Source: a bacterium | Lineage (GTDB): Bacteria; Zixibacteria; MSB-5A5; GN15; FEB-12 | Length of the DNA: 13,606 nucleotides | Assembly (NCBI GenBank): GCA_043811375.1 | Contig: JBDRNJ010000063.1 | Span: forward strand, 1 to 13,606 | Reading direction: 5' to 3' | Shown here: positions 13,471 to 13,606 of the stretch, one piece after another | Numbering within the stretch: position 1 is the first letter of the stretch | Layout of the letters: every line of letters starts with the position of its first letter | Notes under the pieces: generated by a model | Database searches by the model: none | What the model was told of the DNA's origin: nothing | The model's input: the letters and a program-made list of their open reading frames with translations, nothing else | Made by a program: the position numbers and the translations under genes

Positions 13471-13606
13471 TGTATGTCGTCAAACAAGTCGGACACGTTG
13501 CTCCTTAAGCTAAGACACACTTTGCCTCATTGCAATGGCTTTTCGGTATGATTCTCTCCGTTTCCTGATTGTTTCTGTCTTGATTCGTTCCCGCTGCTCC
13601 AATATC
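13471..13606 (-). mobile_element. Right-hand end of a second copy of the same IS, inverted, truncated by the window end
   Basis: Reverse complement of 124-259 with one substitution (C142 vs T13588 on +, i.e. GAC to GAA). Transposase tail occupies 13510-13606. Confidence 0.9.

Noticed and set aside
13471..13483. ORF-track start [10 protein letters not shown] for livG
   Set aside because: The TTG start lies inside the IS terminal sequence and has no properly spaced SD. The product would lack a complete Walker A motif.

Overview
Bacterial chromosomal window bounded at both ends by the 3' (right) ends of two near-identical, oppositely oriented IS copies (IS3/IS481-type DDE transposase, TGT/ACA terminus). 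It is probably a contig broken at IS repeats. The left copy sits 1 bp past the stop of a QueT-like transporter gene; the right copy is inserted in the Walker A motif of a livG-like ABC ATPase. Between them, mostly on the minus strand, are: an enlarged QueT-family membrane protein; an HTH regulator with a degenerate WYL-like domain; a ~430-bp intergenic region dense in inverted repeats and repeated half-sites; an FAD-linked oxidase (GlcD/D-lactate dehydrogenase type); an apparently AT-richer three-gene signalling module (soluble PAS-GAF-GAF-GAF histidine kinase, single-domain receiver, membrane-anchored coiled-coil/HEAT protein); a lipoprotein S9 peptidase (+ strand); a MATE exporter; a ~750-bp non-coding gap with phased 10-bp repeats; and livF. 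The best candidate for an undescribed system is the structured intergenic element + degenerate WYL regulator + enlarged QueT unit. All family calls come from recognising motifs by eye; no searches were run.
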